Of a stretch of DNA of 64,000 nucleotides, positions 28,826 through 38,045 are shown piece by piece. The position numbers and the translations under genes are program-made. The DNA is taken from positions 160,001 to 224,000 of the forward strand of contig CAVPCR010000004.1 of assembly GCA_963702435.1 (NCBI GenBank), written 5' to 3'. Numbering within the stretch: the first letter of the stretch is position 1; every line of letters begins with the position of its first letter. The notes under the pieces were generated by a model. That model was not told the origin of the DNA and did no database searches. It worked only from the letters and a program-made list of their open reading frames with translations. The stretch comes from Candidatus Eiseniibacteriota bacterium. GTDB taxonomy: Bacteria > Eisenbacteria > RBG-16-71-46 > CAVPCR01.

Positions 28826-30949
28826 GTGCTCTCCCTGAATCACATCGGCCTCTCCTTCGGCGCCCGTGTCCTATTCCGCGACCTTGACTGGACGCTCGGG
28901 GATGGCGAGCGCGTGGCGCTGGTCGGTCCGAACGGCGCCGGAAAGACGACGCTCCTCCGAATCGCCCTCGGCGAGATCGAGCCGGAGGAGGGCCAGGTCT
29001 CCCGCTCGCGCCACGTGCGGACGGGCTACCTGCCGCAGGAGGAGATCCCCCTGGCCGGCGAGACGGCGCTCGCCTCGGCGCTCGGCGCCTTCGAGGCGGT
29101 GCTCGACGTCGAGCGCGAGCAGGTGGAACTCGCCGAGGAGATCGCGGGCCTGCCGGAAGGTCATCCCGAGTTGCCGGCGCTGCTGCACAGGCTCGGCGAT
29201 CTGCAGCACCTCTTCGAGCAGTCCGACGGCTACCGGATGCGCGCCGAGGCGGAGCGTGTGCTCTCGGGGCTCGGCCTCTCGCGCGCGCAGATCCACGGGC
29301 CGCTCGCCGCGCTCTCCGGCGGTTGGCGCATGCGGGTCGCGCTCGCCCGGCTCCTCCTGGCCCGCCCCACGCACCTCTTCCTCGACGAGCCGACCAACCA
29401 CCTCGACATCCCGTCGCTCGCCTGGCTCGAGGAGTACCTCGACGAGTTCTCGGGCACGGTCGTCATCATCTCGCACGATCGCACCTTCCTCGACCGCGCC
29501 GCGCGCCAGGTCTACGAGCTGACCGGCGGCGGGCTCGAGAGCTACGCCGGGAACTACTCGTTCTTCGCGGTCGAGCGCGAGCGGCGGCGGGCGGCGCTCC
29601 TCGCCACGCAGGAGAACCAGATGAAGCGCGTCGCCGAGCTCGAGCGCTTCGTCGAGCGTTTCCGCGCCAAGAACTCGAAGGCGCGACAGGTCAAGAGCAA
29701 GGAGAAGATGCTCGAGCGCATGGAGCGGATCGAGGTGCGCGACGAGGACAAGCGCATCCGCTTCAGCTTCGCTCCGGCGCCGCGCGCCGGCCGGGTGGTG
29801 ATCGAGCTCAAGGGCATTCACAAGACGTATGCGGGCGCCGCGGAGCCCGTGTTCAGCGGGCTCGATCTCCACATCGAGCGGGGTGAGAAGGTGGCGCTCG
29901 TCGGCCCGAACGGGGCCGGGAAGTCGACCCTGCTGCGCATCCTCGGCGGGAGCGAACCGGTGCAGGCCGGGCGGCGGATCGCCGACGAGCGGACGCTCGT
30001 CGCCATCTTCGCGCAGCACACGACCGACGGGCTCGATCTCGAGCACACGGTGCTCGAAGAAGTGACGGAGGTCGCGCCGGGCGAGACCCCGGAGCGGCTC
30101 CGCGGGCTCCTCGGCTCGTTCCTCTTCCGCGGGGACGACGTGTGGAAGCTGGTGCGCGTGCTCTCGGGCGGCGAGAAGGCGCGGCTCGCGATCGCCAAGA
30201 CACTCCTCACGCCGGTCAATTTCCTCCTCCTCGATGAGCCGACCAACCACCTCGACATGGCGGGGAAGGACGTGCTCCTCGACGCGCTCCTCCGCTACGA
30301 CGGCACACTCGTTCTCGTCACCCACGACCGGCATCTGATCGACGCGGTCGCGAAGCGCGTGATCGAGGTGAACACGGGCGGGGTCGTCCGCGACTTTCCG
30401 GGGAACTTCAGCGACTACGCGGAGCGGTTGTGGCGCGAGGGCCGGCCGCTCCCCGGCTATCGCGAGGACCCGGCGCGGGCGCTGGCCGCGCGGCAAGAGG
30501 GGAAGGGCGGCGGCGTAGCGGCGACGGTGCCGGCGAAGACGAAGGCGGCGGGTGCGAAGGCGGCGGCGAAGGCGGCGGGTGCGAAGGCGGCGGGTGCGAA
30601 GGCGGCGGGTGCGAAAGCGGCGGGTGCGAAAGCGGCGGGTGCGAAAGCGGCGGGTGCGAAGGCGGCCGGGCCCGCGCGCCCCGGCGCCGACAAGCGCGAG
30701 CGCGAGCGGATCGAGCGGGAGCGGGCCCGCGAGGAGAGCCGCCTCATGAAGGCGATCGAGGGGCTCGAGGCGCGCCAGGCCGCAATCGAGACCGAGCTCG
30801 CTACCCCCGAGGTGTACGCAAGCGGCGAGAAGTCGCGCGAGCTCCTCCGCGAGTACGACCGCGTGCGGGCCGAGGTCGCGTCGCTCTACGACCGCCTGGG
30901 TGGCGCCGGCAAGGCGGGTGGCGCCGGCGGCGGGCGCCCGGCCGGCTGA
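28826..30949 (+). CDS. ABC-F family ATP-binding protein
   Basis: Two Walker A (GPNGAGKT/KS), LSGG signatures, two LDEPTNHLD, C-terminal coiled coil. Confidence 0.95.
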   Translation: MLSLNHIGLSFGARVLFRDLDWTLGDGERVALVGPNGAGKTTLLRIALGEIEPEEGQVSRSRHVRTGYLPQEEIPLAGETALASALGAFEAVLDVEREQVELAEEIAGLPEGHPELPALLHRLGDLQHLFEQSDGYRMRAEAERVLSGLGLSRAQIHGPLAALSGGWRMRVALARLLLARPTHLFLDEPTNHLDIPSLAWLEEYLDEFSGTVVIISHDRTFLDRAARQVYELTGGGLESYAGNYSFFAVERERRRAALLATQENQMKRVAELERFVERFRAKNSKARQVKSKEKMLERMERIEVRDEDKRIRFSFAPAPRAGRVVIELKGIHKTYAGAAEPVFSGLDLHIERGEKVALVGPNGAGKSTLLRILGGSEPVQAGRRIADERTLVAIFAQHTTDGLDLEHTVLEEVTEVAPGETPERLRGLLGSFLFRGDDVWKLVRVLSGGEKARLAIAKTLLTPVNFLLLDEPTNHLDMAGKDVLLDALLRYDGTLVLVTHDRHLIDAVAKRVIEVNTGGVVRDFPGNFSDYAERLWREGRPLPGYREDPARALAARQEGKGGGVAATVPAKTKAAGAKAAAKAAGAKAAGAKAAGAKAAGAKAAGAKAAGAKAAGPARPGADKRERERIERERAREESRLMKAIEGLEARQAAIETELATPEVYASGEKSRELLREYDRVRAEVASLYDRLGGAGKAGGAGGGRPAG
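30540..30670 (+). repeat. 15-bp tandem array encoding (KAAGA)n, about 9 units
   Basis: GCGAA(G/A)GCGGCGGGT repeated. Confidence 0.95.
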
Positions 30950-30980
30950 GGACTCCGCTCGCGATGCGGCGATTCTCGGC

Positions 30981-31031
30981 GGCACGCGCTGGCAGCGGTG
31001 GCACGCGCTAGCAGCGGTGGCAAGCGCTAGC
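30981..31031. repeat. 19-bp intergenic tandem repeat, about 2.7 copies
   Basis: GGCACGCGCT(G/A)GCAGCGGT; last unit contains the M16 stop codon. Confidence 0.85.
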
Positions 31032-33867
31032 GCGCGGCGACCTGCTTTCCGTCTTCGTCGAGCACGACCACGTCGCCGAGCCCGAGGTCGCGCACGCCGG
31101 CGGCGATCCTGGCGCGATCGCCGAGGAGGAGATAGGTCGCCGCGGACGGCACCGCGTACTTGCGGGCCGCCGCGTTCACGTCGTCGATCGTCGTCGCCTC
31201 GACCGCGGCCGGCTCGTGCCGGAGCTCGGTCATCGGCAGGCCGAGACCCCACAGCCCCGCGATCTGGCCGCCGACCCGGCCGTAGGTCTCGAACTGCTGC
31301 GCGTAGCCGCGAATCCACACCGCGCGCGCCTTGGCCAGCTCGGCGGCCGTGATCGGCTTCTGGCCGGCGAGCCCGTTCATCTCCTTGGCGAACTCGATGA
31401 GCGACTCCCTGGTCTTGTCCGATTGCACACCGCCGCCGGCGCGCCAGATGCCCGTCTGGCTATACAGCGCCACGGTCGAGAAGGCGCCGTAGGTGTAACC
31501 CTTGTCCTCGCGCAGGTTCAGGTTCAAGCGGGTACCGAAGCCGCCGCCGCCCCACACCGCATCGGCGAGCCGGAGCGCGTAGTAGTCGTCGCTCGTCCGC
31601 TTGGGCGCCGGGACGAACTGCGAGATCACGGTCTGCGGCGCGTTCGGCCGGTCCACGATGTAGATCTTGCCCTGGCCGACCGGCGACGGCGCGGGAATGG
31701 TCACCGCCGGCGCGGCGCCGCCGCTCCAGCCGCCGAGATGCTTCTTCGCGAGCTCGGTGGCCTCGGCGAGCGTGAGGTCGCCGACGAAGATCAGGGCCGA
31801 ACTCGCCGGCTTCCAGTACGTGCCGTGGAAGGAAACGAGATCGGCGGGCGTGATCGCCTCGACCGTCGCCGGCAAACCACGCAGCGGCCGCCCGTAGGGA
31901 TGCGTGGGGCCGAAGGCGAGCATGCCGCGGATCCGCGCCGAGAGCTCGTAGGGATCCTTGTTCTCCTGCGCGAGCGCATCGAGCTGGCGGTTCTTCTCGC
32001 GCGTCACCTCCTCGGCGGGGAAGGCCGGGTTCCGCACCACGTCGGCGAGGATCTCGAGGGCCGGCGCCACGTTGCGCTTGAGCACCTCGAACCCGAGCAC
32101 GGCGAGCTCGCGCTGGGCCGATCCGGAGAGCGCCGTGCCGAGATCCCCGAGGGCGTTCTCGATCGCGAGCGCCTGCCGCGTTCGCGTGCCGTACATGATC
32201 GTGCTCGCGGTCATGTGCGCGAGGCCGTCCCTGCCGGACGGATCGGCCACGCTACCGGCGCGGGTGGCGAGCGTCACCGCCACCTTGGGCAGCTCGGGCC
32301 GCGTGACGACGAAGAGGACAAGGCCGTTGTCGAGCTGCGCCGACTCGACCGCCGGCGCGTTGAACGGGCGATCGACGCCGAGCGGCGGCGCCACCGAGCG
32401 ATCGAGCGCCGCGACGACCGGCGGCTCGACGTTCTCCGGGCGGAAGTGGATCAGGAGGCGGTTCCGGTTGTCGAGCCAGCGCGCGACCGCGTCGCGCACG
32501 CCGATCGCGGTGACCGCATGATAGCGCTCGATCTCCTCGTCGAAGCGGGCGGGATCGCCGAGATAGGTGTTGTACATGTTGAGGAGATCGGCTTTGCCGC
32601 CGAAGCCGCCGATCGACTCGAGGCCGCTCACGAAGCCGTACTCGCGCTTGGCCTTGGCGCGGTCGATTTCCTCCTGGGCGGGCGCCGTCCGGGCCAGGCC
32701 GGCCAGCTCCTCGCTCACGATGCGTTCGATCTCGGCGAGCGACTCGCCGGGGCGCGCCGTCGCATCCACGACGAAGAGGCCGGAGATCTCGAGCGTGACG
32801 TTGTAGACCGACACCTCGGTGCAGAGCTGCCTGTCATAGACGAGGATCTTGTTGAGGCGGGAGGAGAGCCCGTCGCCGAGGATCGCCGAGGCGATGTCGA
32901 GCTCGTGCTGGTCCTTCCCGAAGAACTCGGGCGCGGGCCAGACCATGAAGGTCCGCTCCTGGGGCACGCGGTCCTTGACCTCGACGCTCTTCTCGCCGGA
33001 GAGCACCGGGACCCAGCGGCCGGGGCGGTCGAGGGCGGGACCGGGCGGGATCGAGCCGAAGTACTTCTCGACGAGGATCCTGGCCGCGGCGGGATCGAAA
33101 TCGCCGGCGATCGTGAGCGAGAGGTTGTTGGGCGTGTAGTAGGTGCGGAAGAACTCCTTCACGTCCTCGAGGGTCGCGGCCTCGAGATCCTCGTGGCTCC
33201 CGATCGGCGGGTGATCGTACGGATGACCCGCCGGGTGGACATTCTCGAGCATGAGCGACCAGAAGCGCCCGTACGGCTGGTTCTCGAGGTTCTCGCGCCG
33301 CTCGTTCCGCACCACCTCGCGCTGGTTGTCGAGCTTCGCCTGCGTCATCGCGTCGGCCAGCGTGGCCAGGCGGTCCGATTCGAGCCACAGGAGCCTTTCC
33401 AGGTTCCCGGAAGGCACGGTCGCGAAGTAGTTCGTGCGGTCGTTGCTCGTGGTGCCGTTGACGCCGCCCTCGCGCAGGTTCGCGCCGAGCTCCTCGGCGG
33501 TAGCGAAGTACTCGCCCTTCGCGTTGATCGAACCCTGGAACATGAGGTGCTCGAAGAGGTGCGCGAAGCCGCTCCGGCGCGCGCGCTCGTTCTTCGAGCC
33601 CACGTGGTACCACTGGTTCACGTGGACCATCGGCAGCTTCCGGTCCACGTGCAGGATGACCTGGAGGCCGTTGGGCAGGGTGTACTTCTCGAACACGATC
33701 TCGGGAATGTCTCCGCGGTTATTGGCTGCCATATCCTTCTCGGTCCGGGCGGGCTTGGCGTCGGCGGCCGCTCCCTTCCCCTGCGCGGCCCGGTCCCCGG
33801 CGCCGCCGCCGCAGGCGGCGAGGACGAGGGCGAGAGAGGCGAACAGGAAAAGAGGACGGCGGCTCAT
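31027..33867 (-). CDS. M16 (pitrilysin-family) zinc peptidase lipoprotein
   Basis: Lipobox LAAC; HLFEH motif; second half lacks HxxEH; LREDKGYTYG. Confidence 0.93.
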   Translation of the reverse strand: MSRRPLFLFASLALVLAACGGGAGDRAAQGKGAAADAKPARTEKDMAANNRGDIPEIVFEKYTLPNGLQVILHVDRKLPMVHVNQWYHVGSKNERARRSGFAHLFEHLMFQGSINAKGEYFATAEELGANLREGGVNGTTSNDRTNYFATVPSGNLERLLWLESDRLATLADAMTQAKLDNQREVVRNERRENLENQPYGRFWSLMLENVHPAGHPYDHPPIGSHEDLEAATLEDVKEFFRTYYTPNNLSLTIAGDFDPAAARILVEKYFGSIPPGPALDRPGRWVPVLSGEKSVEVKDRVPQERTFMVWPAPEFFGKDQHELDIASAILGDGLSSRLNKILVYDRQLCTEVSVYNVTLEISGLFVVDATARPGESLAEIERIVSEELAGLARTAPAQEEIDRAKAKREYGFVSGLESIGGFGGKADLLNMYNTYLGDPARFDEEIERYHAVTAIGVRDAVARWLDNRNRLLIHFRPENVEPPVVAALDRSVAPPLGVDRPFNAPAVESAQLDNGLVLFVVTRPELPKVAVTLATRAGSVADPSGRDGLAHMTASTIMYGTRTRQALAIENALGDLGTALSGSAQRELAVLGFEVLKRNVAPALEILADVVRNPAFPAEEVTREKNRQLDALAQENKDPYELSARIRGMLAFGPTHPYGRPLRGLPATVEAITPADLVSFHGTYWKPASSALIFVGDLTLAEATELAKKHLGGWSGGAAPAVTIPAPSPVGQGKIYIVDRPNAPQTVISQFVPAPKRTSDDYYALRLADAVWGGGGFGTRLNLNLREDKGYTYGAFSTVALYSQTGIWRAGGGVQSDKTRESLIEFAKEMNGLAGQKPITAAELAKARAVWIRGYAQQFETYGRVGGQIAGLWGLGLPMTELRHEPAAVEATTIDDVNAAARKYAVPSAATYLLLGDRARIAAGVRDLGLGDVVVLDEDGKQVAAR

Positions 33868-34173
33868 CGGCTGTCTCCGGTTCATGGTGGTGAAGGGGTT
33901 CCTAGCGCCGGGGGCGGCGGGTCGGCGCGGCTAGAGAGGGAACGAGCGAACCATCGTGAGCCCTGGCCCGGTGGCGTGTCAAATGCGGCGTCCCGCGCGG
34001 CGCTCCCGCCGGGGGGGCCGGCAGGGAGTGCGCGCGCCGAGTCTGCCTGCAGTCCGCCGCCCGCGCCGGCTCCGGGTGTGTTGACGCAGCCGGCGGGTGC
34101 CGGGTTGCGCAAGCGTCGGGGGGACTGGAGGCTCCGCGTCGCCGGCAGGGGGTGTGCTGCCCCGGCCCCGACC

Positions 34174-34203
34174 TTGACCCCCAAGTCGGCTACCTGCTAG
34201 AAT
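34174..34203 (+). promoter_or_regulatory. Sigma70-type promoter upstream of uxs
   Basis: TTGACC-N18-TAGAAT with TG extension. Confidence 0.55.
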
Positions 34204-34452
34204 TTGCGCTGAGCAATCAGCAATGCCGCAGCGGTGGCGGCCGAGCCCCCGACGGCCCATTCTCACGTCACGGCAGAGTAGTCAGCACTCACCTGGCAGG
34301 GTCCTCTGCCCGGCAGGGCCTTGGTCCCCGCGTTCCTGCCCCCTGCTCTTCAGGTGAAAAGGCAGGCCGGCCGACCTGACCGCGCGCCACGGCCGGGCTC
34401 CGGGGCGAGCCGGCGGCCGACTTTCGGCCCGGAGCGGAGGGAGATTCTCGGC

Positions 34453-35586
34453 ATGCGCATCCTGGTCACCGGCGGCGCCGGATTCATCGGCTCCCACCTC
34501 TGCGAACGCCTGGTCGAGCAGGGCCATGACGTCGTCTGCCTCGACAACTACTTCACCGGGAGCAAGCACAACGTGCAGAGGCTCCTCGGGCACCACCATT
34601 TCGAGCTGATCCGGCACGACGTCATCAACTACATCGACATCGAGTGCGATCAGATCTACAACCTGGCCTGCCCGGCGTCTCCCATCCACTATCAGCACGA
34701 TGCCGTGCGCACGATCCACGCCAACGTGCTCGGCGTGACCAACATGCTCGAGCTCGCCAAGCGCACACGGGCGCGCATCCTGCAGGCGTCGACGTCGGAG
34801 GTCTACGGCGATCCGCAAGTGCATCCGCAGCCGGAGTCCTACTGGGGTCACGTCAATCCAATCGGCCCGCGCTCCTGCTACGACGAGGGCAAGCGGGTAG
34901 CCGAGACCCTCATGATGGACTATCACCGCCAGCATGCGGTCGACATCCGCATTGCCCGCATCTTCAACACCTACGGTCCGCGCATGGCGGTCCACGACGG
35001 GCGGGTGGTGAGCTCGTTCATCGTACAGGCGCTGCAGGGCAAGCCGATCACGGTGTTCGGCGAGGGCAGCCAGACACGGTCCTTCTGCTTCGTGTCGGAC
35101 CTGGTCGAGGCGCTCATCCTGCTCATGAATGCCCAGGGCGTCCATCGCCCGGTGAATCTCGGCAACCCGGAGGAGTTCACCATCCGGCAGCTCGCAGAGA
35201 CCGTGCGGGAGATCACCGGATCGAAATCGTCGATCAACAAGCAACCGTTGCCCCAGGACGATCCGGTGCAGCGGCAGCCCGACATCACGCTCGCGCGGGA
35301 ACTCCTCGGCTGGTGGCCGACAGTGCAGCTGCGCGCCGGGCTCGCGCCGACGATCGCGTACTTCGAACAGCTCGTGGACCGGATGCAGCGGGGGAACGTG
35401 GCGAACCCGCTCGCGGAGCGGCTGAGCAAGAGCATGCCGGAACGGCTGGCGGCGATGGAGATCGAGAACCGCAATGGCGGGGAGCAGGCCCGCGGGGAGC
35501 GAGTCCACGAGGAGCAGTTGGGCGAGGTCGGTGATCGGTGGCAGGTCGGTGATCGGCGGCAGGTCGGCCGGCGCATCGGATCGTAA
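34453..35586 (+). CDS. uxs: UDP-glucuronate decarboxylase (UDP-xylose synthase)
   Basis: [62 protein letters not shown]. Confidence 0.95.
   Translation: MRILVTGGAGFIGSHLCERLVEQGHDVVCLDNYFTGSKHNVQRLLGHHHFELIRHDVINYIDIECDQIYNLACPASPIHYQHDAVRTIHANVLGVTNMLELAKRTRARILQASTSEVYGDPQVHPQPESYWGHVNPIGPRSCYDEGKRVAETLMMDYHRQHAVDIRIARIFNTYGPRMAVHDGRVVSSFIVQALQGKPITVFGEGSQTRSFCFVSDLVEALILLMNAQGVHRPVNLGNPEEFTIRQLAETVREITGSKSSINKQPLPQDDPVQRQPDITLARELLGWWPTVQLRAGLAPTIAYFEQLVDRMQRGNVANPLAERLSKSMPERLAAMEIENRNGGEQARGERVHEEQLGEVGDRWQVGDRRQVGRRIGS
35524..35568 (+). repeat. 18-bp tandem repeat in the uxs C-terminal extension
   Basis: (G/C)AGGTCGGTGATCGG(T/C)GG x2.5, encoding xVGDRx. Confidence 0.85.
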
Positions 35587-35711
35587 GGGAATCGCCGAGG
35601 TTCGCTGCGGGCGTCCGGCCGCCGGTCCGCCGGTGGTACGATGGACGCTCTCCCGAGCGTGACGGCGCGCGGGACGGTAAGTCTGCCAGGAGCAGTCGGC
35701 AAGGAGGCAAC

Positions 35712-36551
35712 ATGCTGCGGGTGGGAATCGTGGGGGCGGGGCGCGCGGGACGGGCGCGGATGCGGGCGATCAGCGAGCGCGACGATGTGACGCTCGCCGG
35801 GGTCGCTTCGTCGCAGGCGGACGTGGGCACGCACCGCTTCGAGGATCTGGCCGCCAGTCCGGACCTGGATGCGATCCTCGTCTGCTCGGTGAATGCGGCG
35901 CACGTCGCCCAAGCGAAAGCGGCGCTCGAGGCCGGCAAGCATGTTCTCTGCGAGTACCCGCTCGCGCTGTCGCATGACGATGCCGTGCATCTGTTCGATC
36001 TGGCCCACGATCGCGGCCGCGTGCTGCATGTCGAGCACATCGAGCTCCTGAGCGGTTCGCAGCTTGCGCTGCGCCGGGCGGCGCGCGGGCTCGGCCGGCC
36101 GATCGACGGCCGCTATCACACCGAGGCCAACTCCGAGGGCTGGATCGCCGACATGCGCCTGGCGGGATTCCCTTCCTTCTCCGGCATCTCGCGACTGAGC
36201 CGGCTCGTCGACCTGTTCGGCCCGGCGGGGATCGAGGATGCGGTGTTCGACGAGACGGAGGAAGAGCAGCGGCTCGTCGTCGATCTGCGCTTCGTGCACG
36301 GCGGACGCTGCCGCCTCGACTACCGGCGCGGGCGCGGACTCCCGCGGCGCGAGGACTGGGATGTCCGCTGCGAGCGCGGCGTCCTCGAGACGATGCCGCC
36401 GGTGCCGACCAAGCCGCTGTTCGCCGCGGACCTGGACGTCTTCGTGCGGCGCATCAACGAGGGGGCCGAGAGCTACGTCTCGGACGAGCAGATCCTCGAC
36501 GTGATGAGCCTGGCCGAGGAGATCGAGCGCCGGTGCCGGGGCGGGCGCTGA
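35712..36551 (+). CDS. Gfo/Idh/MocA oxidoreductase, biliverdin-reductase-like
   Basis: AAGGAGG RBS; GAGRAG; GKHVLCEYP; HVEHIELL; GFPSFSGISRL. Confidence 0.8.
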   Translation: MLRVGIVGAGRAGRARMRAISERDDVTLAGVASSQADVGTHRFEDLAASPDLDAILVCSVNAAHVAQAKAALEAGKHVLCEYPLALSHDDAVHLFDLAHDRGRVLHVEHIELLSGSQLALRRAARGLGRPIDGRYHTEANSEGWIADMRLAGFPSFSGISRLSRLVDLFGPAGIEDAVFDETEEEQRLVVDLRFVHGGRCRLDYRRGRGLPRREDWDVRCERGVLETMPPVPTKPLFAADLDVFVRRINEGAESYVSDEQILDVMSLAEEIERRCRGGR

Positions 36552-36569
36552 CGGCGGCGGTGGACCGCG

Positions 36570-38039
36570 GTGGCTGACCGCCGGTTCTTTCCCGAGATCG
36601 CCGCCGCTGCCGGAATCTACTATCGTCGCCTTGCCCCGCTCGAGACCGCGCCGCGCGAGATCGTGCGCGCCGTGCAGGCGCGACGTCTCGACGATCTACT
36701 GGCCCATGCCTGCCGCGCATCGCGCTTCTATCGCCGACACTGGGGCGTGCAGGCCGGGGCGCCCGCGCCGCGGGCAGCGGATCTCCCGAGGCTGCCCCCG
36801 GTGACGAAGGCGCTCCTCATGGAGCGTTTCGATGACGTGGTCACCGATCCACGGCTCGATCGCGCGGGCGCGCGGGCCGAGCTCGAGCGGCGACTGGCGG
36901 GGGGGCAGGAGTCGGGACCACGCGGCCGCTCGCCGGCCGACCGCTTCGCCGCCTATCGCCTCGTCGTGACGTCGGGCACGACCGGGGAGCCGGCGGTCTT
37001 TCCATACAGCCGCGCCGAATGGGCCGAGGGCATGGCGCTCATCGTGCGGAGCGCCGGCTTCGCGCTCGGCGGGCACGGGCGGGCGGGCGCGCTCGCCCTC
37101 CTCCGCGCCGCGATCGTGCGCCCGCGCGTCGCCGGCATAGCGACCCAGCATCCGATGCATGTGTCGACGCAGCTCACATCGAGCTTCTCGGGCGGCGGCG
37201 CGCGGGGCCTCCGCGGCCTCCGCCTCGCAGCCAATGTCCCGCTGTCCGAGCAGGTGTCCGCGCTCAATGCCTACGCGCCGCGGATCCTCGGCGGCTACCC
37301 GTCGATCCTCGGACTCCTCGCCGCCGAGCAGCTCGCGGGCCGGCTCGCGATCCGGCCGCGCCTAGTCTTCTCCGGCGGGGAGACGGTGACCGCAGGCACG
37401 CGGCGGCGCGTGCGCGAAGCGTGGGGGATCGAGCCGTACGACTTCTATGGCCTCACTGAGACGCTGATCATCGCCGGTGAGTGCCGGGCTCATGCGGGTC
37501 TCCATGTCTATGAAGATGCCGCCGTGATCGAGGTGGTGAAGGAGGACGGCGCGGCGGCGGCGCCCGGGGATCCGGGCGCCGGACTCCTCGTTACCAACCT
37601 CTTCAATCGCACGTTTCCGATCATCCGCTACGCGGTGAGCGATCTCGCGGCGATGACGCGTGAGCCGTGCGCGTGCGGTCTCCCGTTCGCGAGGCTCGTG
37701 CAGCTCACGGGGCGGCGCGAGGAGATCCTCGAACTTGCGGCTCCCGATGGGCGAGCGGTGAGCGTGCACCCGTTCGTCATCGAGACCCCGCTCGAGGAAG
37801 ATCGCGCGGTGCGATCGTTCACGCTGCGGCGGGAGAACGGTGCTCTCCGGATCCGCGTCGAAGCGGCGCCGGACGCGGGTGCGGATGCGGAGGCGACGAC
37901 GATGGCACGCCGGCTAGAAGCTGCCGTGCGCGCTGCGCTCGCTCCATTCGGGTTGGCGGCGGCCGATGTGCGGGTGGAGATCGTGACCGGAACCGTGCCG
38001 GAGCGGACCGCGACCGGGAAGCGACGGCGGGTGACGTGA
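36570..38039 (+). CDS. Phenylacetate-CoA ligase (PaaK/CapK)-family adenylating enzyme
   Basis: TSGTTGEP P-loop, GYPS, YGLTE, TNLFN..PIIRY, TGK. Confidence 0.88.
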   Translation: MADRRFFPEIAAAAGIYYRRLAPLETAPREIVRAVQARRLDDLLAHACRASRFYRRHWGVQAGAPAPRAADLPRLPPVTKALLMERFDDVVTDPRLDRAGARAELERRLAGGQESGPRGRSPADRFAAYRLVVTSGTTGEPAVFPYSRAEWAEGMALIVRSAGFALGGHGRAGALALLRAAIVRPRVAGIATQHPMHVSTQLTSSFSGGGARGLRGLRLAANVPLSEQVSALNAYAPRILGGYPSILGLLAAEQLAGRLAIRPRLVFSGGETVTAGTRRRVREAWGIEPYDFYGLTETLIIAGECRAHAGLHVYEDAAVIEVVKEDGAAAAPGDPGAGLLVTNLFNRTFPIIRYAVSDLAAMTREPCACGLPFARLVQLTGRREEILELAAPDGRAVSVHPFVIETPLEEDRAVRSFTLRRENGALRIRVEAAPDAGADAEATTMARRLEAAVRAALAPFGLAAADVRVEIVTGTVPERTATGKRRRVT

Positions 38040-38045
38040 TCTTGT

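Noticed and set aside
34282..34308. CIRCE element
   Set aside because: Left half TCAGCACTC is present but the right half is not, and no chaperone gene follows.
34335..34370. Glycine riboswitch
   Set aside because: Only a CTCTTCAGG-like fragment; the upstream GGAGA/CCGAAG core is absent.
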